From an uncultured Acidobacteriota bacterium (lineage in GTDB: Bacteria > Acidobacteriota > Terriglobia > Acidiferrales > UBA7541), in the NCBI GenBank assembly GCA_963767225.1, contig CAVYDD010000007.1, forward strand, positions 53,887 to 117,886: a DNA stretch of 64,000 bases. Direction: 5' to 3'. Shown in pieces: positions 49,578-58,852 of this stretch. The notes below the pieces were generated by a model. It searched no databases. It had not been told where the DNA came from and was given only the letters and a program-made list of their open reading frames with translations. Position 1 is the stretch's first letter. Every line of letters starts with the position of its first letter. The translations under genes were made by a program, and so were the position numbers.

Positions 49578-50619
49578 CTAATTCACGGTCAAGGCAATCG
49601 TGCTGGTATGCGTCGGGTTTCCGCTGGTTCCTGACACCGTCACATTGTAAGTTCCAGGTGGCGTATCGGGAGTCGTTCCTCCTCCGCCTCGACCGGTGCC
49701 CCCACCACCGCAAGAGGAGATCATCAGGATAAGAACGACCGCCCCGACCATCGCTGCGATCCGACGCCTTCTCGCCAGGAGCGGCATCGCGGCCGTTCCG
49801 AGGCCAACGACGCAAAGCGCTGCAAAGGGAAATTCTGGAAAGGAATAACTGTCGGGACTTGTGAACGCTGCGACCGAAGGAGCCGTGGTAGTGACGGCTA
49901 CGTTCACAGTGACTGCAGCTGAGCCATCGAGTGTCACGGAAGATTTCGCAACCGTGCACGTTGCTTGCGACGGAGCTCCGGTGCAGGGCAGCTGCACCTT
50001 TCCGGAGAATCCTCCACCGGAATTTAGAGTGAGAAGCGACGTCGCGGTATTTGCTGCATTAATCGAACTGGAATTCGGATCCAGCGACATCGAAAACTCC
50101 AGCGGTCCGGCCCATCCAGGTCACCGGGAGGACTTGAGTTCGGGGAGCAAAATTGTCGGTAAAGCTGATACTGCCGTTGCTGACCCCGTTCGCCGTCGGA
50201 GTGAAGCTGACGTTAGCTGTGCAACCATGACCTACGGCCAACGGGCCCGCGCAGTTGTCGGGTTCAGTGAAGTTTCCCGTGATCTGGGGTGACGATCGCC
50301 AGCGGCGCGTTGCCGGTTTTGTAGTCAGCTTTGGGAGCATAGGTTCCGTTCGCTCTACTCAAAAGCACCGAAGCGGGTTGTCGTTTTGGTTGGTCACGGC
50401 AAAGTTGAGAATCCCGTCGCCGTTGAGATCGGCCAGCGCGATGCTGGAAGGATTGTTACCTACTCCGAGCGCGCTTTGGTTGTAGCGGTAGCCTTGCGCG
50501 GACGTCGTCCTTAGCAGCGGCCCGAAGCCCAACAGCAGTACAGTTGACGCCCAAAGAATTCGCTTCCATCGCTTTGGCGGTTTCATCCAGAAAGTTCTCT
50601 GGTGCCCTAACAGGGTCAT
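49578..50619 (-). pseudogene. remnant of a secreted FG-GAP repeat / Ig-like domain protein, in three frame-shifted pieces
   Basis: Three consecutive ORFs in different frames: 50619-50359 (signal peptide + one FG-GAP repeat ADLNGDGILNFAVTNQNDN), 50340-50059 (Ig-like C..G..C segment), and 50090-49578 (Ig-like segments ending GTYNVTVSGTSGNPTHTSTIALTVN). The total is far too short for a beta-propeller protein. Confidence 0.45.
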
Positions 50620-50816
50620 TCTTACCGCGGTCTTGCGAGTTCACAGCATTGCGAAACGACTTTTAACCCATAAGCGCCCGATGAAAATCGTTCCGCCGTC
50701 GCAGCATATCGAATTACCGCGAAATCAAATATCACATTTTGTGGAAACAGTAAACTCCCTGCGAATTGGATTCTTGTGAATCGCCTAACTGCGCGATCTG
50801 GAGGGTGGTGTTCTGG

Positions 50817-51422
50817 TCAGAGCGAGTCAACGAGTTCGACGGAGAGGAGGCGGGCTTTTTGGGCCAGGGTTTGGGCGCGGGACCAGTCGCCGGCTTTGCC
50901 GGCTTCTTCGGATTGAGCGAGGAAGCTGCGAATTTTTTCCTGGAGATCCAGCTGCGCGGCATTGAGGACTTTGCCGTTGGCTTGTTGAAGATTTTTCTGG
51001 GCGACATTGGCGTCTTCGCCGCTGCTGCGGCGCAGGCTGGCTTGATCGCCGGGCGAAAGTTGCGGCGAGATTTGGGGCGGCGGAGTGCGCGTGGGCTGCT
51101 CGGCTTGTGTATCGGAGGATGCTTCGGTGGGTTGGCGGTGCGGAGGGGGCGGCAGCTTCGTGTGCGTCGGCTCAACCGGCAGCGGAGCGGCGGCGGTGGC
51201 GGTGGGAGTCGGCGGAGGGGCTACGGTTTCGACCGGCGGCAGAGCGTCGGTGTCTGGCGCGACGTTGGTGATGGGTTTGGAATCGGCGGTGGAGGGCGCG
51301 GGCGCAGCCGCGACGGGCGCGGCGGTTTTCACGAGCGAGTGGGAACACCCCGCCATGCTGTAAGACAGCCCACTGAGAAAAAAGGCTGCCAGCAACACGG
51401 ATTCCGTTTTTCGGCTGGGCAT
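50817..51422 (-). CDS. Pro-rich lipoprotein, last gene of HK-RR operon
   Basis: Start at MPSRKTESVLLAAFFLSGLSYSMAGCS (lipobox MAGC). Pro/Thr/Ala-rich linker, then a conserved-looking C-terminal ~70 aa. Confidence 0.5.
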   Translation of the reverse strand: MPSRKTESVLLAAFFLSGLSYSMAGCSHSLVKTAAPVAAAPAPSTADSKPITNVAPDTDALPPVETVAPPPTPTATAAAPLPVEPTHTKLPPPPHRQPTEASSDTQAEQPTRTPPPQISPQLSPGDQASLRRSSGEDANVAQKNLQQANGKVLNAAQLDLQEKIRSFLAQSEEAGKAGDWSRAQTLAQKARLLSVELVDSL

Positions 51423-51464
51423 TGATCTTCTAGCTTCTAACCTACGGCTTGAAACTTTCAACTC

Positions 51465-53363
51465 CTATAATTTCTCTTCCGCAAACGGCTGGCCGAAATC
51501 CCGATGTTTGCCAGCCGGCGCTTCCAGGAAACGCGCCAGCGGCAATTCCAGGCGGAAGGTAGTGCCGCGTCCAGGCTCGGATTCGAATTCTATCCGACCG
51601 TTGTGCAACTGCACAAACCGAAAAGTGTTTGCCAATCCGATGCCGGTACCTCCAGGACGGGTTGTAAAGAACAGCTGAAAGATTTTCTTCTGATTTTCGG
51701 GCGAAATTCCCGTTCCGGAATCGGCAACGGCGATGACGGCGAAATCACCGTTGCGGCGCAAGCTGAGGGCGATGGTGCCGTCCGGCCCGGTGAAGTCGCT
51801 GGCATTGAGCAGAAGATTGAGCACGGCCTGGTGAATGAGCTGGCCATCCACCAGCACGTGCGGAAATTCGGAAGGCAAATCCACGCGGAGTTCGATGCCC
51901 GCTTTGGCGATGCTAGGCCGCGCGGCTTCCAGCACGTCGTCGAGCAGGATGCGCAGGTCGGTCTCTTCCAGCTTGATTTCCAGCGGCTTGGTGAAATTCA
52001 GGAAAGTTTTCACGGCGCGGTCGAGGCGGTCAATTTCGCTATCGAGCATTTTCACGGCCTGCTGCGGTTCCGGCTCGACAGGCATATTGGCTTTCAGCAC
52101 TTCCAGCCAGAGGCGCATAGAGTTGAGCGGATTTTTTACTTCGTGCGCGACTCCGGCGGTGACACGGCCTAGCGCGGCGAGGCGCTCGGAGACTTGCAGC
52201 TGGTTGCCGATGCGCTCGAGCGATTCCACGTCGCGCAAAGTGATCAGAGCGCCCATTGCGATGCCGTGCTCGCGAATCACCTGGGCACTGAGGCCGATGC
52301 GCTGGGAGCCGTGCAGGCCGGCGAGAGTGATTTCCGCGTTTTCGATGTGACCGACTTCGTCACCGTGGATGCCGAGAGCTTCGCGCGCGGGATGGCCGGG
52401 AGGGAAAATTTCGCTGACGCGCAATCCGCGCAGGACTTCGGAGCGCTGGCCGAGGAATTTCTCAACGGAGGGGCTAACCAACACCGCGTTGCCGCGCGCG
52501 TTGAAGAGTAGCAGGCCATCTTCCAGGCCGCCCATGACTTGATCGAGATTTTCGCGCAGAGTGCTGAAAATTTCGCGCACGTCTCTTAACTGCTTTCCAA
52601 TGCCAATGATTTTGGTGCTTACCGCGCCGAATTCGTCGCCGCGCTCGACCGGCTCGAGATCGAATTCGCCGGCGGAGATGCGGTCCAGTTGGGCAGAGAT
52701 GCGATCAATCGGAGCGAGCGAGGCGCGGCTGACGACCAGCGCGAGAAGAGTCGAGAGCAGCACAGAGGCCAGCGCGTAATAGCCGGCGGAAACCAGGCCG
52801 GGCGAGATTTCATTGCGGATCAGCGCTGAAGAAAGGCCGATGCGAATGTCGCCGAAAGGCCCGTTGATATTGAATGGGAGGGAATCTTCGTACACCAGCG
52901 GCGGCCCGTAGAGAGTGCGCAATTGCTGGAAAAAACCGCCGCGGACGAGCGAATCCACGGGCGGGCGCTGGGCAATTTTCTCGCCGCGCAGACTGGCGTC
53001 GCTCGAGACCAAGACGATTCCGTCGAGGTCGCTGATGGTGATTTCGTAGATCGTGGGCGAATAACCGATCGCCGACTCCATCACGGAGTTCAGCGTGCTG
53101 CTGTTGTCCAGCGCGCGTTGTACGTAGGCGCGCAAATCGGCGGGGCTGGAGGAGGCTGGAGATTCGCCGCGAGCGGCGGCGTCCGTCATGGAATTTTGGC
53201 AGGCGAGATAAATTTGCCGTGCGACGAAGCGCGCGCGATCATCGGCTTGGCGCAAAGTCTGGCGTGTGAGTCGCGCGATGTAAAGGCCGGAGACCGTGGT
53301 GACGACTGCCAGAACCAGCAGGGAAGTCGCCAGCGTGAATTTAGTTTTCAGGCTGAGACGCAT
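51465..53363 (-). CDS. sensor histidine kinase (TM, periplasmic sensor, HAMP, PAS, HisKA, HATPase)
   Basis: H-box GVAHEVKNPLNSMRLWLEVL and G-boxes DSGTGISPE...GTGIGLANTF. N-terminal TM-bounded sensor domain. Confidence 0.85.
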   Translation of the reverse strand: MRLSLKTKFTLATSLLVLAVVTTVSGLYIARLTRQTLRQADDRARFVARQIYLACQNSMTDAAARGESPASSSPADLRAYVQRALDNSSTLNSVMESAIGYSPTIYEITISDLDGIVLVSSDASLRGEKIAQRPPVDSLVRGGFFQQLRTLYGPPLVYEDSLPFNINGPFGDIRIGLSSALIRNEISPGLVSAGYYALASVLLSTLLALVVSRASLAPIDRISAQLDRISAGEFDLEPVERGDEFGAVSTKIIGIGKQLRDVREIFSTLRENLDQVMGGLEDGLLLFNARGNAVLVSPSVEKFLGQRSEVLRGLRVSEIFPPGHPAREALGIHGDEVGHIENAEITLAGLHGSQRIGLSAQVIREHGIAMGALITLRDVESLERIGNQLQVSERLAALGRVTAGVAHEVKNPLNSMRLWLEVLKANMPVEPEPQQAVKMLDSEIDRLDRAVKTFLNFTKPLEIKLEETDLRILLDDVLEAARPSIAKAGIELRVDLPSEFPHVLVDGQLIHQAVLNLLLNASDFTGPDGTIALSLRRNGDFAVIAVADSGTGISPENQKKIFQLFFTTRPGGTGIGLANTFRFVQLHNGRIEFESEPGRGTTFRLELPLARFLEAPAGKHRDFGQPFAEEKL

Positions 53364-54747
53364 CTCGTCGCCCCGCCTCGTATTCTTTTAATTTATTGTG
53401 CAGAGTTTTCAGGCTGATGCCAAGAAGTTCGGCGGCGCGCGTTTTGTTCTGACTGGTGGCGGCCAGGGTCTGCACGATCAGTTCGCGTTCGACGGCGTCC
53501 ACCGTGGTGCCGATGGGAAAGCGCAGTCCGCCCAGGCCCGAGGTGATCATGGCGGTGACGCGGCCGAATTCGGCCGGCAGATGCTGGCGCGCGACGGTGC
53601 CGCGGTCCGATGCGATGGCGGAACGCTCGAGCACGTTGCGCAGCTCGCGCACATTTCCTGGCCATGGATAGGATTTGAAGAGTTCCATGACGTCGGTGCC
53701 GACGCCGGTGACTTTCCGTTCGTGCTTGGCGGAAATATCGGCGAGCAGGTGATCCACTAACAGCGGCAAATCCTCTTTGTGCTCGCGCAGCGGAGGGAGA
53801 TGGATGTTGAAGACGTTCAGGCGGAAATAAAGATCCTGGCGCAGATGTCCATCGGCGACGGCTTGTTCCGGATTCTTGTTGGTGGCGGCGACCACGCGGA
53901 CGTCCACGGGCGTTTCGACTTTGCTGCCGAGGCGGCGGACTTTGTGATCTTCCAGGACGCGGAGAAGTTTGGCCTGCGTTTGCGCGGGCATTTCGCCGAT
54001 TTCGTCGAGGAGGAGCGTGCCGCCATCGGCCAGTTCGAAGCAGCCGATGCGGCGTTCGGCCGCGCCGGTGAACGCGCCTTTCTCGTGGCCGAAAATTTCG
54101 CTTTCCATCAGCGATTCGGGGATGGCCGAGCAATTGATCGCGACGAACGGGCGATCGGCGCGCGGCGAAAGCAGGTGAATCGAGCGCGCGACCATTTCTT
54201 TGCCGGAGCCGGTTTCGCCGGTGATGAGAACCGAGGCGGTGGAGGGCGCGGCGATTTCCACTTGGCGCATTACATCCTGCATTGGCGCGGAAGTGCCGAC
54301 GAGCGTGCCAAGTTTTCCGGCGGCGCGCAGGTCGCGGGTGAGGGCTACGACGGCTTGCTGATTACGCACGAGGCCGAGCGCGCGTTCGAGTAACGCGCGC
54401 AGCACGGGAGGCTTCAGCGGTTTTTCGATGTACCAGTAGGCGCCCGCTTCGATGGCTTGCACGACGCGTTCGTCGCTGCCGCGACCAGTGATGATGATGA
54501 CGGGAATGCGCAGAATGTCGTCGCCCAACTGCTTGAGCAGGTCGAGGCCGTTCATGCCGGGAAGCTCGACGTCCGCGAGAATCAGGCTGGGCTGGAATTC
54601 CTGAAATTTTGCGAGGGCTTCTTCACCGCTAGCGACGCCGAGAATTTCCCAGTTCCATTTGCGCAGCAGGGCTTCGTAGCCTTTGCGGGCGTTGTCTTCA
54701 TCTTCCACGATCAGGATGCGCTGCTGGTTAGGAATCGGGATGGTCAT
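53341..54747 (-). CDS. sigma-54-dependent response regulator (NtrC family)
   Basis: REC domain (ILIVEDEDN...LILADVELPGMNG), GETGSGKE Walker A, GAFTGAA sigma-54 contact motif, Fis-type HTH. Overlaps the HK start by 23 nt, indicating translational coupling. Confidence 0.9.
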   Translation of the reverse strand: MTIPIPNQQRILIVEDEDNARKGYEALLRKWNWEILGVASGEEALAKFQEFQPSLILADVELPGMNGLDLLKQLGDDILRIPVIIITGRGSDERVVQAIEAGAYWYIEKPLKPPVLRALLERALGLVRNQQAVVALTRDLRAAGKLGTLVGTSAPMQDVMRQVEIAAPSTASVLITGETGSGKEMVARSIHLLSPRADRPFVAINCSAIPESLMESEIFGHEKGAFTGAAERRIGCFELADGGTLLLDEIGEMPAQTQAKLLRVLEDHKVRRLGSKVETPVDVRVVAATNKNPEQAVADGHLRQDLYFRLNVFNIHLPPLREHKEDLPLLVDHLLADISAKHERKVTGVGTDVMELFKSYPWPGNVRELRNVLERSAIASDRGTVARQHLPAEFGRVTAMITSGLGGLRFPIGTTVDAVERELIVQTLAATSQNKTRAAELLGISLKTLHNKLKEYEAGRRDASQPEN

Positions 54748-55358
54748 CGGAACTTTCAGCCTACCAGCAGTCTAGCGGAAATCCAATAGAGTGGAGCGGC
54801 GGGGCCGCGAGCGGATAGGACACGGGACGTTTCCTGAAGTGGGATAGGCTAACAGCGCGAGTTGGGCAATCGGAGGATCGCCTGGTACGTAACGGCTTTA
54901 TTGTCAGCAGAGACGGGCGGTGCGGTCGGCCATCTTCTTGCAGCCGCTTTCCTAGGTGAACCCTGGAAGAGAATCGAAAGGCTGTGCGCAATGACATTCA
55001 CGTGCGCATGCAGTTTTGCATCTCGCGGCGGCAGCCGCCGGAGTTCCATGGCGGGGCGGTTGCGCGACATCTCGCGCACCCGCATTTTGTTCCGCTGGGA
55101 GATATCATTCGAGATTGGAACAACGCTCGAGCTGGCATCTTGTTTGCCGGCGGACAAGGAGTTCCATTCCTGCGTGCTGGCTCGCGCGACGGTGAAAACG
55201 CTACGCGGCTGGGAATTGCCGGGTGAACCTACGCCGCTTTTCAGAATTGCGGTGACCATTGACCGAATTGCTTTCGAGCAGCCTTCTACTTCGACCGCCG
55301 CGCAAGTTGCCCGGTGATTGACGCCCTGCCGCCTACCTTTTCTGTCAGTCCGACGCGT

Positions 55359-56030
55359 CTAGGCTCTGCCGAGGTGCAGCGGCCGCTCGAGAACCAGTTC
55401 GAGCTTCATATTTTGCGGCAGGGTGAGCTCCTGGCCCAGGCCCGAGGTGATCATGAATGCAGTGGCGGCGGAAATGGCCGCACCCATCGCTGCATCTTGT
55501 TTATTTTTCGAGGCAATCCCAGGCTCGGCGCCGATGAATGCGGCTTCGGCGGCGGCGAAAGCCGCGTCTTCTTGTTTGCTGGTGGTGGCGCGGATTTCGC
55601 CTTCGCGATCGTAGAGCACGCGAATGGAATGAACGCCTGGGGCGTCAATCAGATCGGCTACCAGAGGTATCCAGCCGGTGGAACTGCGGATCTCGTCGAA
55701 AGTGAGCCAGAGGCGCGCGCGACCTACTTTTCCAGCGGGCTGAATCTTGTCAATGTGGCCGCGGATTTGCGCTCCGGAGGGAAGGGTGGCGCCTTCGGCC
55801 GAAGCGATAGGTTCGAGGGTGCGCGCCAGGAATTGCTTGCCGACTTTATCTTCTTTAGTGGAAATACTGGTTTGCAGGGATATCAGGAAACGGGTGCCGC
55901 GTGAGGCGGCGTCGGGTGGCGCGTCTTGGGATTGGGAAGCGGGATCCTGCGACTGTGGTTGCGCGTGGGCTGCTGCGCCTGAACTCAGCACAAGAACCGA
56001 CGTAAATGCGAAAATCCTCCAGCGTTTCAT
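55359..56030 (-). CDS. secreted TrbI/VirB10-like domain protein, paralog of 47365..48333
   Basis: Start at MKRWRIFAFTSVLVLSSGAAAHA (ATG 56030). The core GTRFLISLQTSISTKEDKVGKQFLARTLEPIASAEGATLPSGAQIRGHIDKIQPAGKVGRARLWLTFDEI aligns position-by-position with the 47365 protein (GT.I/F.L...ST+..+.G..F...L.P....G..+P.G+.+.G.+...+P.G+V.GR..L.+......). Confidence 0.45.
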   Translation of the reverse strand: MKRWRIFAFTSVLVLSSGAAAHAQPQSQDPASQSQDAPPDAASRGTRFLISLQTSISTKEDKVGKQFLARTLEPIASAEGATLPSGAQIRGHIDKIQPAGKVGRARLWLTFDEIRSSTGWIPLVADLIDAPGVHSIRVLYDREGEIRATTSKQEDAAFAAAEAAFIGAEPGIASKNKQDAAMGAAISAATAFMITSGLGQELTLPQNMKLELVLERPLHLGRA

Positions 56031-56415
56031 GAACTCCTCCAAATTGTAGTTTGGCGCTTTCAGCTGGAGGCGAAAGCGGGTACGACTTGCAGTGAATATA
56101 GCAAAACTGGCGCGGTTAGGCGAGCGCGGTTTGTCATTTGTGCGCTCCGGACGGAGGGAATCCTCCAAATTCATGGCGGTGTATGGCGCGGCAGCCGCGC
56201 CCGGCGAAGATTTAGAAAAAACTGTACAGGAACGGACGGGCGTGAATTATAATCCCGCCAGTTTTACAGGTACCAGTAGCACACGCTCGATACTCCCTTT
56301 TTTCGGCCCCCTTCGAGTCCTGCGGTTTTTTTCATGGCGTCGCCTGCGGGGGAACGAATGGATGCAATCGTCAGCGCGGAATGATGTGGGTTGGGCTTTG
56401 TCGAGGAGGCGTACT

Positions 56416-58596
56416 TTGAAATTGCTAGAACGTGCCGCCATTTTGGTTGTGGCTGTTCTTTTGGTGGTAGCGGCGGCGTTCGCCGACGATACCAAGCCTC
56501 GTGTGGCGGACGGGACCGCTAGCGCAGGTGCGGCGCCAGGGGCGACATCCAGCAGCGATACGAGCGCCAAGACTGCCACCGCTGCGACTGATTCCTCGAC
56601 GGCGAGTGATGCGTCCGATGCAACCACGACCCCTGCGAGTTCCGCAGTGGCCGCGACAGTGCCGACTCCGGCGCCTTCGGCAATGCCCAAGTCCAATTCT
56701 GGCGCGGCGCAAGCGAAAGGCGGAATGAGCGCGAATGACGAATCTGAGCTCCCGAATTTTACGCCGATGCCCGCGCTGGATGGCAACCCCGGACTATTCA
56801 CGCTGGAAACCGGCGAGACGCTGCCTAAGCACGGCTGGTCCCTGGGCATCGGACTGAACAAATTTTCGCGCATGCCGGGCGACATTACTTCGCTGCAGCT
56901 GGTGCCCTCACTGGGTTATGGCGTCACGAACTGGCTCTCGCTGTTTTATCAGATCAATTCGTACGATTACATTCACGTGGGCGCGCCCAGCCTGCTGAGC
57001 CTGGCGCCGGTGAACGCGGCGAATCCGCAATATCAGAACACGATTTACAATTCGATTATTCCATCCACCGGATTTCCGCCTGCTTATGTGGAGGATGCGC
57101 CGTTCGCGTCGCACAACGGCAGCGGCTTGGGCGAAATGGATTTGGGATTCAAGATTGGGTTGCTGTCCGAACGGCGGGGCAAGCCAATCAGTCTTTCGAT
57201 TCGCAATGATTTCTATCTTCCGACGAAGACCGGGCTGACGAGCCTGCTGGCGGACCAGGTACAATACGGAAAGTTCAATTATGGAGTGGGGTTGGAGGCC
57301 AGCAAGACGTTCTTTCACGGCGGAATTACGGCGACGGCGAATTGGTCGTACCGGTTCACGCGCGATTCCGGCTACACAGCGCTCGTTGGTGGCGTGCCCG
57401 AAATCGTGATGCTGAAACTTGCGGATCAGATGCAGGTGGGCGCGGGGCTTTTGATTTTTCCGACGAAGCGATTTCAGATTATGACGGAGTACGACGGCAC
57501 GATTTTCGTGGGCAACGGAATTCAGAACACCAGCTTCGGCGCGCGCGACCCCGTGGACAATATTATTGGCTTCCGGTTGTACGCGTGGAAGTGGGCGGCC
57601 TTGGACATGGGCTATCGCTATTCGCTGGACCTGTCCAATCATCGCGACCGCAACGGATTCATTATTAAAGTGGGCGTGGCGCACTGGCCTTCGAAGCCGC
57701 TGCCGCCCGACGTGGTGACGGCTTCGTGCGCGGTGGACAAGGCTGCGGTAAGGGAAGGGTCGGGGGATTACATCACGGCGAATGTCAGCGCGACGGATGC
57801 CAATGGGCTTCCCTTAACGTATCAGTGGACCGCGACGGGCGGTTCGATTGATGGGGCGGGACCTTACGTGCGCTGGAATTCCACCGGGGCTGCTGCGGGG
57901 AGTTACGTGCTCACGTCGCGCGTGGATAATGGCGGGGGCAAGACGGCGAGTTGCACAGCGAACGTGACCGTGCAGCCGAAACCGGCACCCCCTGCTCCGA
58001 CGATGACGTGCACGGCGGATCGTTCGACGGTGCTGGCTGGGGAACGAGCCGAGATTACCGCCAATGTGAACGACGCGTCCGGGACGGCCATTCGATTCAC
58101 GTGGCAGGCCAACGCAGGACAGATCATCGGCGCCGGCTCGATTGTGCAGTTTGATACATCGGGGCTCGCGCCGGGAACTTATACGGTGACTGGGCGCGCG
58201 GAAAATGAATTGCGCGGCGCGTGTGATTGCACGGCGGCTGTAACGGTGCAGGCGCCACCGGCGGCGGCGCAGGCGAGCAGGGTGAATGCTTGCGAATTCG
58301 CTCCTGGCAGCGCGGGCGCGGACAATGTGTGCAAGCGCAACCTGGACGACGTCGCGGTGCGTTTGCAGAGCGATCCACGGTCGAAGGTGGTGCTGGTGGG
58401 TTCGGCGGACCTCAAAGAACCGCGGGCCGCGAAGCTGGCGGGCGAACGCGCGGCGAGCTGCCAGAAATATTTGCAGGAGAAGAAGGGCGTGGACGCTTCG
58501 CGGGTGGAGGTTCGCACCGCGGCAGGAGTGGCGGGCGCCGGTCAGGAAAACCGGCGGGTGGATATAGTGTTTGTTCCGGATGGCGCATCCTATTGA
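56416..58596 (+). CDS. OmpA-family outer-membrane protein: beta-barrel N-domain, two PKD/Ig-like domains, OmpA_C peptidoglycan-binding domain
   Basis: TTG start 56416 with RBS GAGGAGG and signal peptide MKLLERAAILVVAVLLVVAAAFA. Amphipathic beta-strand region ending in aromatic residues, two ~85-aa repeats (TCTADRSTVLAGERAEITANV...GTYTVTGRAEN), and an OmpA_C-like tail (VLVGSADLKEP...RRVDIVFVP). The ORF track allows starts back to 56092. Confidence 0.65.
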   Translation: MKLLERAAILVVAVLLVVAAAFADDTKPRVADGTASAGAAPGATSSSDTSAKTATAATDSSTASDASDATTTPASSAVAATVPTPAPSAMPKSNSGAAQAKGGMSANDESELPNFTPMPALDGNPGLFTLETGETLPKHGWSLGIGLNKFSRMPGDITSLQLVPSLGYGVTNWLSLFYQINSYDYIHVGAPSLLSLAPVNAANPQYQNTIYNSIIPSTGFPPAYVEDAPFASHNGSGLGEMDLGFKIGLLSERRGKPISLSIRNDFYLPTKTGLTSLLADQVQYGKFNYGVGLEASKTFFHGGITATANWSYRFTRDSGYTALVGGVPEIVMLKLADQMQVGAGLLIFPTKRFQIMTEYDGTIFVGNGIQNTSFGARDPVDNIIGFRLYAWKWAALDMGYRYSLDLSNHRDRNGFIIKVGVAHWPSKPLPPDVVTASCAVDKAAVREGSGDYITANVSATDANGLPLTYQWTATGGSIDGAGPYVRWNSTGAAAGSYVLTSRVDNGGGKTASCTANVTVQPKPAPPAPTMTCTADRSTVLAGERAEITANVNDASGTAIRFTWQANAGQIIGAGSIVQFDTSGLAPGTYTVTGRAENELRGACDCTAAVTVQAPPAAAQASRVNACEFAPGSAGADNVCKRNLDDVAVRLQSDPRSKVVLVGSADLKEPRAAKLAGERAASCQKYLQEKKGVDASRVEVRTAAGVAGAGQENRRVDIVFVPDGASY

Positions 58597-58852
58597 GCTT
58601 GGGTTAATTTCGGATTCGTTGCAACTACTGCGGGAGAAAGGAAGCAGCAGGACGCGCGGCGGCATTCGCGGGCGGCGGTATTTCGGCGAGCAGTCTCTTT
58701 GGTTGAGTGATTTTGTAGGGGAAGCATCGTGCTGCTGCGCTCCGCCAGCGTCGGCGCGGTCCGGTGCTTTTAGTCGCAGTAAAGTTACGAGCGACGCCTC
58801 GCGGTAATTCCGCCGCAAATCTTTTGCCGGGCGCTTACGGCCCGTATCGCAC

